Shown here: piece by piece, positions 10,447-19,223 of the stretch
How the letters are laid out: each line of letters starts with the position of its first letter
Numbering within the stretch: position 1 is the first letter of the stretch
Virus record (IMG/VR): IMGVR_UViG_3300014205_000172
Coordinates: 64,001 to 128,000 of that record
Source of the DNA: a virus
Lineage: Duplodnaviria > Caudoviricetes
Reading direction: 5' to 3' (one strand)
Length of the DNA stretch: 64,000 nt
Made by a program: the position numbers and the translations under genes
The notes under the pieces: model-generated
The model's input: the letters and a program-made list of their open reading frames with translations, nothing else
What the model was told of the DNA's origin: nothing
Database searches by the model: none

Positions 10447-11103
10447 ATGACTGGTGTAACCGAACGTAAAGGCTCTATTCATTGCCGATCCTCGTTTTCC
10501 ATCGTCAAGCACATGCTGGCTGATTGTGCGCAATCCTTCCGCTCTGATCTTGATGGAACCGATGAGCGTTTCAAAGACCTTGGCTACGACGCGGTACCTA
10601 TCACTGACATCGAATACGAACAACAAATGGTCAAAGCCATCGGCGAAGACCAGGTATCGGCCGAGGAGTTCACTCGAATGCTGCGAGGTGAGCACAGCCC
10701 AATCGTCATGGGCTTGTCAACACCTCGTGTCACCGCTGTAGTCGAATGTGAAGAACCTACGACTGACTATCAAAAGAAAGTGGCTGTCGACACTGATCGT
10801 GTAACCGTCGGTTTGTACTACATGCCGCTACAAACCTGGTCTGATGCCGATTCCATTCTTACTTATTTTGGCATCCTCAATGGCTTGACGCCTAAAGAGT
10901 TTGCTAAAGAGAAACAATGCGAGCTGTATCAAATAATGCTCGATAAAGCCATTCATCTGTTCATCACTGAAGATCGTGCGTTTGTGGTGCAGTTGAAACG
11001 TCGTGGCTGCTGCCCGAACTGGCTGGCCAAGAAGCCTATCGCCGATACAGAAATGGCAATTACACTGCCAAGTGGTAACCGAGTCGTATTTGACGATTTC
11101 TAA
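10447..11103 (+). CDS. Hypothetical protein
   Basis: 218 aa ORF tiling the plus-strand operon, AAGGG SD. Confidence 0.65.
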   Translation: MTGVTERKGSIHCRSSFSIVKHMLADCAQSFRSDLDGTDERFKDLGYDAVPITDIEYEQQMVKAIGEDQVSAEEFTRMLRGEHSPIVMGLSTPRVTAVVECEEPTTDYQKKVAVDTDRVTVGLYYMPLQTWSDADSILTYFGILNGLTPKEFAKEKQCELYQIMLDKAIHLFITEDRAFVVQLKRRGCCPNWLAKKPIADTEMAITLPSGNRVVFDDF

Positions 11104-11118
11104 AAGAGAGACGGCATC

Positions 11119-11583
11119 ATGGAAAGCTTAACTATTGCAGGCTTCACACTACATGAACAAGTGGTGGGCGAACCTGTTGCCTCAAACGTGTTGACACGTC
11201 CTGGGGTCATTGTGATGCGTGATATCGAGACTGGGCTATATGCTGTCTCGGATACTCCTGATCTAAAATGGGCGCTGAACATGCTCACCCAGGGTCAGAA
11301 TTTTAACAAAGTCTTTGTTCACAAATACCATAAAGATGCAGCGAAGAAAGTGCGAGTCTGGTACCTCCAGATCAAGCAAACTGGTTTGTCGAAAGACTTT
11401 CAGCTCACGCGCAATCATTGCCGTATTGCTCTGTTGGGTGAGCTAGCACCGCCCGGTCAGAACGAAGGTGTGTTTAACAAAGTCAAGGCGATCCGCGCAA
11501 AGAACCCGAAGGCGTATGAACGTCTGGTGCGTTACATCACTTGCCTGCCTGCCCGTATGGAGCGTGCCCATGCCCAAGATTGA
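11119..11583 (+). CDS. Hypothetical protein, possible degenerate GIY-YIG-like fold
   Basis: PGVIVMRDIETGLYAVSDTPDL has GIY-YIG N-terminal spacing but lacks the conserved Tyr/Gly/Arg. Confidence 0.5.
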   Translation: MESLTIAGFTLHEQVVGEPVASNVLTRPGVIVMRDIETGLYAVSDTPDLKWALNMLTQGQNFNKVFVHKYHKDAAKKVRVWYLQIKQTGLSKDFQLTRNHCRIALLGELAPPGQNEGVFNKVKAIRAKNPKAYERLVRYITCLPARMERAHAQD

Positions 11584-11938
11584 TAAGGACATGCTCATCT
11601 TCCCTCGCAACTTTGACAAGGGTCGGTTGAAGCCAGAAGATGCCTCCGGGTATGAGTTCACACCGGAGGACTCTGTTATTATCGGACAGTACCTGTTGTT
11701 CCTTAAGGGGAAGGTCTACGTTCCGGTAGTTGTCATGTACCGTTGGCTTGGCGAGCTGTTTGAAAAGCTGCCGCATATTGAGCGGACTGTGCTATATCGA
11801 ATGGCTGGTGAAGTAATGGGGTATCACGGCTGGCGGCCGATGCTTCATCGTAAATGCACGTACGAGTTCAATCAGAACCGCCGGCACAAGCAATACCGCG
11901 CCACGAAAGATAAGCGCGCTAAAACCGAACACGCTTAA
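11570..11938 (+). CDS. Hypothetical basic protein
   Basis: Likely start ATG 11570 (MPKIDKD) with GGAG SD, in frame with the 11468 track ORF. Confidence 0.6.
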   Translation: MPKIDKDMLIFPRNFDKGRLKPEDASGYEFTPEDSVIIGQYLLFLKGKVYVPVVVMYRWLGELFEKLPHIERTVLYRMAGEVMGYHGWRPMLHRKCTYEFNQNRRHKQYRATKDKRAKTEHA

Positions 11939-11968
11939 CATCCTACCTTTTGAACATGGAGTAACACC

Positions 11969-12691
11969 GTGAAATATTTGTCCGAAGCTGACCGTAAACT
12001 TTTCCAACAACACCGCACCTGGGAACAGCGTCCTCTGACCAAGTCGGAGCGTGTGATCACTGAAGCGCTGGTCTTCAGCAAGATGACCAATACCTCCGAC
12101 GATGAACATTTCGTCATGAAGGAACTGATCCACAATACCTTCGGTCATATGTTCGAGCGCCGTAACCTCATCATCGCCGCCCTGAAAGATCCAGTGGCGA
12201 TGGATAAAGTGCTGACCCTGTACCCGTACGTACTGTCGGCATACCTGCATGCCAATACGCCAGAAACTAGCATGTTGTCCGCAGCATTGCGTGGCGTCAG
12301 TGATGAGCAGATGGACCACATGAAGGCCTGGTTCAACCACTTCATCGGTGCTATGTCGATGATTCCCAAGTTCGACATTCCGTACCTCGTGTACAGCGGT
12401 CAGGGTCCAGATCGCCCAAACAACAACACACGTAACCCAGAAAACAAGCAGGAGGCGCTCTGGGGTGTCGCGGTTAACCCAACTGCGCAGAAAACGTTTA
12501 CCGAACTGTTCGGCTATCGCAAGGCACATTACTTCAAAGCAATCTTTGATTGCAAGTTGCACAAGGATAAAGCCTTCGCAGCTCAAGTCGAGATCGACAT
12601 CGACGAAGTTAGTTATCCGGGCCTGCAGCATGTTCCAACCATCGTGGTTAACTACCGCGGTCACAAGGCGACGTTCTTCACCGGTGGGTAA
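11969..12691 (+). CDS. Hypothetical protein
   Basis: 240 aa, GTG start with GGAG SD. Confidence 0.7.
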   Translation: MKYLSEADRKLFQQHRTWEQRPLTKSERVITEALVFSKMTNTSDDEHFVMKELIHNTFGHMFERRNLIIAALKDPVAMDKVLTLYPYVLSAYLHANTPETSMLSAALRGVSDEQMDHMKAWFNHFIGAMSMIPKFDIPYLVYSGQGPDRPNNNTRNPENKQEALWGVAVNPTAQKTFTELFGYRKAHYFKAIFDCKLHKDKAFAAQVEIDIDEVSYPGLQHVPTIVVNYRGHKATFFTGG

Positions 12692-12770
12692 TCTGCAAAT
12701 ACCCCAGCGGTGAATTTAAAATAACCCGCGCCACCATTTTGTTCGCCATAAGACAACTAAGGATTCAAGC

Positions 12771-13784
12771 ATGTACCCAATTGGTAACGTAAAAGAAAAC
12801 GGTCTGTTCGCACTGGGCGGTCAGGTTCTGCGCGCTGTCAAGGATTTCAACTTCTACGTTGAATATGCGCAGTTCGTTGGTAACACTCCGGACTTCACCC
12901 AGGAGTCTGTAAAGCTCTGGGTTGAAACGCTGGGTTCCCTTCTGGAACGTACCGAGAAAAATGTGAACGAGTACCACTCGCTCACTGATCGTCAACAGCA
13001 GGATATCGATTTCAACTTCAACGGCGAACGTATGCCGACTGTTGCGGCGTTGGAGTTTGTCCAGAAGGTGTTTCCGAACATTGCCGACTTCATCGACCCG
13101 TACCAGATCGCCACAATCGCCAGCCATCTGGACATGGTCCTCACCCTCGGTTCAGTTCACGAACTGCTGACGGCTCTGGCCACCCAGGAATGCCCAAACC
13201 CGCAGGTCATGACCAATGCACTCAGCGAGCTGGTCATCGCCATCAACCTCCCGCTGATGGAAGAAGAACAAAAGCGCATCATCGCTGAGCATGGCTATGC
13301 TATTTCGCCAGTGTGCGGTGAAAAGGTGAACTATGCATTCACCATCTCCGGCGGTACCGCATTCGGTACCGAACTGCTGTGCGTGCAAGGTAAAGCCGAT
13401 CCGGATCTGATCTGTTCCCTGATAGGTTGCGTGATTGCACTGCTCCAGGAAGGTAAACAGGTTCTGGATATCGACGACACCATCGCTACGATGAAAGATG
13501 GCAGCGAAATGCGATACCTCCTGATCAAGGCTGATCCGATCCTCGCTATTGCCGAGTTGGGCGAGTTGGGTTCTATCAAGGCCGGCAGTCCGCTGGTTCA
13601 GCTGGTAGTCGCTGACATCAACAACCTCCTGCCTGGCGAAGAAGGTTACGACAGCGTGAACTTCTATCAGCCGGTGTTCGAGCTGAAAGAAGAAACTGCT
13701 GACGAAGTCCAGAAAGAAGACATCGTCGAATCGGCTGAGTCCATCGCTGCGCGCGCAGAAGCTGAAGCGGTCAAAGATGTCTGA
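12771..13784 (+). CDS. Hypothetical protein with C-terminal DUF4262-like domain
   Basis: IIAEHGYAISPV..NYAFTISG..ELL..LVQLVVADINNLLPG..QP follows the DUF4262 pattern as recalled. TAAGGA SD. Confidence 0.55.
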   Translation: MYPIGNVKENGLFALGGQVLRAVKDFNFYVEYAQFVGNTPDFTQESVKLWVETLGSLLERTEKNVNEYHSLTDRQQQDIDFNFNGERMPTVAALEFVQKVFPNIADFIDPYQIATIASHLDMVLTLGSVHELLTALATQECPNPQVMTNALSELVIAINLPLMEEEQKRIIAEHGYAISPVCGEKVNYAFTISGGTAFGTELLCVQGKADPDLICSLIGCVIALLQEGKQVLDIDDTIATMKDGSEMRYLLIKADPILAIAELGELGSIKAGSPLVQLVVADINNLLPGEEGYDSVNFYQPVFELKEETADEVQKEDIVESAESIAARAEAEAVKDV

Positions 13785-14067
13785 GGAAGTTTTCTCACGA
13801 GAACATCCCGTTGCCAGTCAGCTCATTTGGGTAAACTCCAGTGAGCTGACATCGGGCCAGCTTTTAGTCCCAGTTGTCGATACGTGGAAGCTTATCGAAG
13901 AAGGTACTGAAGAAGGTTCGATTGCGGCAGTCAGTCAAGTAACCGGTGTACATCTGCCTTTTACGCCCGGTGTGGTGAAGAAACAGAATCTGAAGATCGG
14001 TGACATCGTGGAAGTGCGCGAAGGTCCTGAACGTAAGGATGATGTCGTGTCTGTTATTCGAAGCTAA
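13777..14067 (+). CDS. Hypothetical protein (small beta-barrel-like)
   Basis: 96 aa, overlaps the upstream stop; LKIGDIVEVRE. Confidence 0.55.
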   Translation: MSEEVFSREHPVASQLIWVNSSELTSGQLLVPVVDTWKLIEEGTEEGSIAAVSQVTGVHLPFTPGVVKKQNLKIGDIVEVREGPERKDDVVSVIRS

Positions 14068-14133
14068 TAGCTAAGGCGCGGTCCTCAGGGATCGTGCTTT
14101 ATGCCCTTTCTTTTTAAGACCTAAGGAGGTCAC

Positions 14134-14226
14134 ATGCTCTCTTTTATTGGCGGTATCGTACTGGTAATCCTGGCACTGCGTGGCTTGGTTGCATTCATTG
14201 GAGACTTCAGTCGGAGTAAGAACTGA
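14134..14226 (+). CDS. 30-aa single-transmembrane microprotein (not in ORF track)
   Basis: Perfect SD TAAGGAGGT, then ATG 14134: MLSFIGGIVLVILALRGLVAFIGDFSRSKN*. Followed by a UUCG terminator. Confidence 0.6.
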   Translation: MLSFIGGIVLVILALRGLVAFIGDFSRSKN

Positions 14227-14253
14227 TGTAATGGAAGACTAATCAATCTTTAC

Positions 14254-14294
14254 GGACGGGCGTCTTCGGACGCCTGTTCTTATGTTTCTTTTTT
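14254..14294 (+). terminator. Intrinsic terminator
   Basis: GGACGGGCGTC-TTCG-GACGCCTGTTC hairpin followed by a T-rich tract. Confidence 0.75.
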
Positions 14295-14313
14295 ATTATC
14301 TTAGGGGTATGTC

Positions 14314-15111
14314 ATGATCGGATTCACTAAACAACAGTTGGCGGAATTCCTACAGAACGCTCCGCGCGAAATCAACGAAAGTAAGCTCAAGCCGTTTATT
14401 CTGGCAGCGGTGTTGAATAAAGCGGTATCTACACCCGGCAGCACGTTTGCGATTTCCAGCGACCGTGACGATAAGCGTGGGAGGCAGCACCTCATCACTG
14501 GGTTTTCGGTGAAGCTCGTTAAAGAACGCGACTACATCATCGAAGTGGCAGTTGATGCTGTTGATGTTGATGGTACAGTTGGGTTCTTTCAAGACCGTCA
14601 TGGTGCGTTTACAGTAAGCTCGCCAATGTCAGAAATCTCGGCTGGTGCAAGTCGTCATAGTCGTGGCTACTCGTACGGGTTCAACATCACGGCGCAATTG
14701 CTGTTGCTGCCTATGCTGATAGAGTTCGAAACGATGTTCGCCGAACTTCAACTGTCCGGGTATCGTGGCTCATACGTGCCAGCAAAACCTCTGGTCGAGC
14801 ATCAGATCTATTTCCTTGATCGTGAAAGCGATGGTGAGCCGTGGTCGTTTGGTGAGCCTGTGTTGCTTATCAAGCAGATCGACACCGTCCACATCGAACA
14901 CGGGCGCATCTGTGACTGCTATACGGCCAATAACCGCTGGTTCCATAGCTCTGAGCTGTTTACCGTCGATCAGCTCGTAGAGCGCCGTAGCCAGCCCTTC
15001 CGCAGTGCTTCGCGTCCAGATGTTGAGCGAACCCCACCGCCCGCTATCTTTGCCGATGTGATAGCTGCCTACAAAACAGCACATGCGCCAAAAGAAGGAC
15101 CGAAAGAATGA
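14314..15111 (+). CDS. Hypothetical protein
   Basis: 265 aa, AGGGG SD, ATGA-coupled to the next gene. Confidence 0.65.
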   Translation: MIGFTKQQLAEFLQNAPREINESKLKPFILAAVLNKAVSTPGSTFAISSDRDDKRGRQHLITGFSVKLVKERDYIIEVAVDAVDVDGTVGFFQDRHGAFTVSSPMSEISAGASRHSRGYSYGFNITAQLLLLPMLIEFETMFAELQLSGYRGSYVPAKPLVEHQIYFLDRESDGEPWSFGEPVLLIKQIDTVHIEHGRICDCYTANNRWFHSSELFTVDQLVERRSQPFRSASRPDVERTPPPAIFADVIAAYKTAHAPKEGPKE

Positions 15112-15515
15112 AGAACTGCAAATACCGTATTACCAACCTCATGGAAGGTAATGTCATTCAAAACTACAACTTCGTTCCGGCCAGGGATGATTTTGATATC
15201 GCCATCTTTACAGAAGCGGAGTATCTGGAAAAGATGAATCACGATCCAGACGCTGCCGAACTGCACAATTACGCTATTCTGCAGGCTATCATTAAAAGCC
15301 TTTCTGAAATGTCTGATCTTGCGACTACACGGTTTAAACTTGAACTGTTGGGCGAAGTGGAAGATTACGACCATCTTGCCTTTGCGGTTCTTTGCCGCAA
15401 CTTCCTGTGTGGCTTCGACGACACTACGACGGTCCCGCCCGAGATGTACGAGTTTAACAAAGAAGACAAATGCTTCTATCTTGGTATGGCCCAGGTACCG
15501 CGTACGCTTCACTAA
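15108..15515 (+). CDS. Hypothetical acidic protein
   Basis: 135 aa, ATGA overlap, AAGGA SD. Confidence 0.65.
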   Translation: MKNCKYRITNLMEGNVIQNYNFVPARDDFDIAIFTEAEYLEKMNHDPDAAELHNYAILQAIIKSLSEMSDLATTRFKLELLGEVEDYDHLAFAVLCRNFLCGFDDTTTVPPEMYEFNKEDKCFYLGMAQVPRTLH

Positions 15516-15533
15516 GACCTAAGGGGGTCAGTC

Positions 15534-16367
15534 GTGTTTAAGAAGATCATTGCTTTCTTTAAGCAAAAGCTTGAGGAAGAACGTACGCACAAAGAAGGGA
15601 TGAAAAAACGTGATCGGATTTGTTCTGATCTTCACCGCATGCATTATTCGCGACATTACCACCACAGCTTCATTAAGGTAACCGCTGGTGGAGTTACAGG
15701 CGGTGAGTGCTTAGAGGGCATTGTTTGTTATGCCGACCCGCACAACTCAACCATCGATATCTTGACCCCGAGTGGGCTTGTGGCGCACCTAGATCTGATG
15801 GAGCGCGAATACTCGGTTGTCTGGAATTATCAACGTGAGGACGTGATTCACTACAACGAGGATAACTGGGTTAAATATCAGTCATGGTGTGACCGCATAG
15901 GTGAGCTGGACAAAGAGGCCGGATTAGCGCTGTTTGCAAACAAAGCCGGCGGCGTTAATACTCAGCCGCTGTTCTGGCCGGAGAACTACGCCGAATTGGA
16001 AATGCCACGGACTAGGTGGCATGTTTACATTGTCGGCTATAACGCGACTCCCGTCAAAACGCTCGAAGAGTTGAAAAACATCTATGCGGAACTCAAGCGT
16101 AAATCTCTGGCGCCCGTCAGGGAGTGGTACGACGTCAAGTTCCTTAATTCAAGAGCCCATCCTGAGCTGGCAGTAAGACTTGGCGGTTTGGTTAAACACA
16201 AAAATGGCACAGGTTCTAAGTTGGCTATCATGAAGTCTGAAGATGGCATTTGCGTAAGCGGTGGCGTCGTGTATGACCGCGTAGCGCTCAACCTGGATAC
16301 GGATGAGTTCGAATTGATCATGTCCTATCACTATCGTGAAGTGGGGGATCTGAGCGATCTGGGGTAG
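15534..16367 (+). CDS. Hypothetical protein
   Basis: 277 aa, GTG start with AAGGGGG SD. Confidence 0.65.
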   Translation: MFKKIIAFFKQKLEEERTHKEGMKKRDRICSDLHRMHYSRHYHHSFIKVTAGGVTGGECLEGIVCYADPHNSTIDILTPSGLVAHLDLMEREYSVVWNYQREDVIHYNEDNWVKYQSWCDRIGELDKEAGLALFANKAGGVNTQPLFWPENYAELEMPRTRWHVYIVGYNATPVKTLEELKNIYAELKRKSLAPVREWYDVKFLNSRAHPELAVRLGGLVKHKNGTGSKLAIMKSEDGICVSGGVVYDRVALNLDTDEFELIMSYHYREVGDLSDLG

Positions 16368-16397
16368 TTCTAAATCCATTTATTAGAGGACGTATAG

Positions 16398-16784
16398 ATG
16401 ACCAAGCGTGAAGTGTTGATCATTGCACAAAAGCAAGAAGACATGGATCATGTAAAGGCGGCATATCCGGAAATGGAGTTTGTCGACATTACTGAACTTT
16501 TGGATATTGCCAAATACCCAGGCTTAGCGAGAGCAGGGGTGGGTGCAGAACTGGCCAAACAAATGCCACTCGAAACCCATCTTCGGGTTGTGGCTATCAT
16601 GCCTAAGCAAGAGGATGAAGCGGATGATCAGTGGAAACAGCGCACTCTGATCCATCCTGTTCTGTCTACCGTAACGTGCGCGTTCGATCACGTCGTCAGT
16701 CTGACGCCTGAAGAGGCTCTGATTTACAAAGAGTACGCTGAAAAGGTAAAGCATCCCGATAACACCGGTGATGTGAAGCTGTAA
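16398..16784 (+). CDS. Hypothetical protein
   Basis: 128 aa, GAGGA SD. Confidence 0.65.
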   Translation: MTKREVLIIAQKQEDMDHVKAAYPEMEFVDITELLDIAKYPGLARAGVGAELAKQMPLETHLRVVAIMPKQEDEADDQWKQRTLIHPVLSTVTCAFDHVVSLTPEEALIYKEYAEKVKHPDNTGDVKL

Positions 16785-16832
16785 CCGAGGCATCAATACA
16801 AGACTCTAGTCTGAGTCGCCTCATGGCAACAC

Positions 16833-16848
16833 CTCACAAGGATGTGAG
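16833..16848 (+). promoter_or_regulatory. Candidate RsmA/CsrA-binding hairpin in the leader of the 16905 ORF
   Basis: CTCACA-AGGA-TGTGAG. Contains ACAAGGATGT, matching the Csr/Rsm consensus ACARGGAUGU with GGA in the loop. Confidence 0.45.
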
Positions 16849-16904
16849 TAATAACCGGTGCGTAGTTCACGCTGCGCGCCACTTTATAAATCAACGAGGG
16901 GATT

Positions 16905-17159
16905 ATGAGTAAATGTAAAAACAAAAACAACAGAGTCAATCAGGCACCGACTATAAAGCCTGTGTGGTATAAACGATTGAAGCCAACCCACAAGACCGTC
17001 AACAAATGGGTCAAGTGGTTAATGCAATCAGTCAAACTGGAACTCAACTTCGGAGAGATGTTCAAGTGGATCTTCTACAGCCTTGTCTGGCTGACGTTCT
17101 TCCCCAACTCCATAGTCCAACTGGAACGTATAGCAAAACTCGCTTCAGCCTTCCTGTAA
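16905..17159 (+). CDS. Small basic protein with C-terminal hydrophobic (TM-like) segment
   Basis: 84 aa, GAGGG SD, Lys-rich N-terminus, MFKWIFYSLVWLTFFP. Confidence 0.55.
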   Translation: MSKCKNKNNRVNQAPTIKPVWYKRLKPTHKTVNKWVKWLMQSVKLELNFGEMFKWIFYSLVWLTFFPNSIVQLERIAKLASAFL

Positions 17160-17168
17160 CGTATCAAA

Positions 17169-17216
17169 CATGACGCCCAGCTTCGGCTGGGTATTATGCC
17201 ATCTTCTCTTTTTTTT
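17169..17216 (+). terminator. Intrinsic terminator
   Basis: CCCAGC-TTCG-GCTGGG hairpin with extended CATGA/TTATG pairing and a T8 tract. Confidence 0.75.
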
Positions 17217-17259
17217 GTACTAAACTACACGCCTGTGTATCTTATGTTCGCCACCTAAT

Positions 17260-17640
17260 ACTTCTTGAGGAAGGGAAGGAAGGGGGTGGATTTTACGGAG
17301 TAAAATCCGGGGGTAGGTAGGGAAGGAGTAAGACGCATCCGCAGAGAGTCGAGCGAAGCGATGATGAACAAGGATATCTTTAGTCGACGAAGTCGACTAG
17401 GGAAGTTATTTTTAACATGATTAACAGATCCTATTTTCCAAGATAAAGAATTAGTTAACAATGGACTGGGAGAATACCCAGTCCCTTATGACGCAATAGA
17501 TCAAAGATACCATCAAAAGAACAAGAGAAGGGAGGTCTTCAACCTCCCGCTTTTATAAAGCAGATCAAGAACAGAATAAGGATGGAGGTTTACAACCTCC
17601 ACTTTTACAAACCAATGAGATGTTAACTTAATAGGAATCT
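17260..17640. other. Non-coding hairpin/repeat-rich region, candidate replication origin or cis element
   Basis: Purine-skewed G-runs, three C-GNA-G triloop hairpins, an AT-rich stretch with TTAACA repeats, and two GGAGGT..ACCTCC repeat hairpins. Confidence 0.4.
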
Positions 17641-17645
17641 TTCTG

Positions 17646-18224
17646 ATGGAAGCTTATTCGAAATTCTTGGGTGATGTATTTAATGCATCATCTTTGTCTG
17701 TTGAAGTTAAGTCTAAAGGTAAGTCTTTGAGTAAAGACGAAAGCAATGCCTTCGATGATTCTGAAATTGAAAATGATGGTATTCGTCTTGCTAGTGAACC
17801 TGGTCTACGTGAACAGGGTAATGTCATGATTGACCTCAAGTCCACTTCCAGTCAGTACCAAGACAATCTCCACTACGTGGCAGAGTCTTTGCGTAAGAGT
17901 GGATTCAAGGTACGCCTTCGGTACGAAGGCATCGACATGAGCCTTGAGAGTGTGTCTGATGGCATCATGCCAGGCAACATGTCACTCAATGGTAACAATG
18001 CAGTGAACAACGTGATGAACGGTGTTTACGTACCTGATTTCAAAGACACTGACTTGTTTAAGCAAGTGACGGTGATCCAACCACAAGACAACGCACCAGA
18101 AAATAAAGATGGTGTACTGTTCATGGTTGATGACGGTAATGGTGAGATGAGTAACTACCTGAAGGATGAAGGGTATCAGGTAGCCAGCGATGCTGAAACA
18201 TTGGAACTCCTGCTTTCAGCATAA
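17646..18224 (+). CDS. Hypothetical acidic protein, possible head protein
   Basis: 192 aa. Contains S-L-E (DMSLESV), the type of site cut by phiKZ-like prohead proteases. Confidence 0.55.
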   Translation: MEAYSKFLGDVFNASSLSVEVKSKGKSLSKDESNAFDDSEIENDGIRLASEPGLREQGNVMIDLKSTSSQYQDNLHYVAESLRKSGFKVRLRYEGIDMSLESVSDGIMPGNMSLNGNNAVNNVMNGVYVPDFKDTDLFKQVTVIQPQDNAPENKDGVLFMVDDGNGEMSNYLKDEGYQVASDAETLELLLSA

Positions 18225-18292
18225 TGCAGCATAAAGACCGACGTGGAAAACCACGTCGATCCTCTGCAATCTAATTGTAAATCCATACCGTC

Positions 18293-18302
18293 ATACATTA
18301 CT
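18293..18302 (+). promoter_or_regulatory. Candidate phage early promoter motif ATACATTACT
   Basis: Identical 10-mer at 18293, 29800 and 40346, all intergenic. Resembles the phiKZ early consensus TATATTAC. Confidence 0.5.
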
Positions 18303-18326
18303 GTATTGTAGGACAGTGCCCTTGTT

Positions 18327-19163
18327 TTACATACGTGGCTTGCCACCGAGGTTGAGTTTGATGATCTTGCGGTATTTGTCCACATCCTGAATGATAGCGA
18401 GCTTAGCCCATTTCACGTCAACGAATTCGTTGTACATGGTAGTGGCGTCAGCATAGCTGTCAATGATCTCACGGACACGACCCAGGGTCGCACCACTGCG
18501 GATGAAACCTTCATCAAGGTCGATGATGAGTGTGTTGTAGACATGAGCCTTAACCGCCAACACAACCATCTCAGCGAAGTCTCGGTAATAAGGCTGCTTG
18601 ATATCATTGAAGTTGGGTTCGTGACTGACCGTGCATCGTACTGCCGCATCGCCCATCACTTGGTTTGAGTCATTGACCAAGATGGTGTTGTGGTTAAGCA
18701 GCTGCACGTAAGACGTACCCATCATTGCCACGCCATTGGTGGCTCTGATGATGTTGCGCACATCTTTAAGCATACCGGAACTGCGTGAGTCAAACCCAGT
18801 GGCAGTCGATCCAGTCAATGCCTGAGTCAGACCGTAGATCAGTTCATGCACGGTACTGATCTTGCGGTTACCTAACACATTAGGAGGAAAGCGGTAAATG
18901 ATGTTCCAGCTATCGACGTATTCACGTTCAGCTTGGTTCATCGGCAATAAGACTTCCGTACCACCGACAAGATTTACGTCGATCGCGACGCGACCTTCGA
19001 TGACCAGCTCACGGATCTTCTCATCCAGTGAGATAGCGTCAACGTTATCGAAATAACGATCCTGACGTGTAGGGTCGTATCGTTTAGCAGAAAAAGCCTG
19101 GTTTAAAATTTCCCTTGGGATCTCGCGAAGAACCCGCTGGATTGCAACCGTAATCGGCGTCAT
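18327..19163 (-). CDS. Conserved Chimalliviridae protein (phiKZ gp42-like, putative virion protein)
   Basis: 278 aa, 'PITVAIQRVLREIPREIL' N-terminus, GGAG SD, divergent from PhuZ. Confidence 0.6.
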   Translation of the reverse strand: MTPITVAIQRVLREIPREILNQAFSAKRYDPTRQDRYFDNVDAISLDEKIRELVIEGRVAIDVNLVGGTEVLLPMNQAEREYVDSWNIIYRFPPNVLGNRKISTVHELIYGLTQALTGSTATGFDSRSSGMLKDVRNIIRATNGVAMMGTSYVQLLNHNTILVNDSNQVMGDAAVRCTVSHEPNFNDIKQPYYRDFAEMVVLAVKAHVYNTLIIDLDEGFIRSGATLGRVREIIDSYADATTMYNEFVDVKWAKLAIIQDVDKYRKIIKLNLGGKPRM

Positions 19164-19223
19164 AACTCGTTACTCCCGACACACCACTATTTATTCATAT
19201 CAGCAAAGAAAGGAACTGCAACA

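Noticed and set aside
17255-17461. 68-aa minus-strand ORF in the intergenic region
   Set aside because: No convincing SD; the sequence is better explained by hairpins and purine runs.
17490-17612. Repeated hairpin units as a possible mini-CRISPR array
   Set aside because: Only two imperfect copies, no regular spacers and no cas genes.
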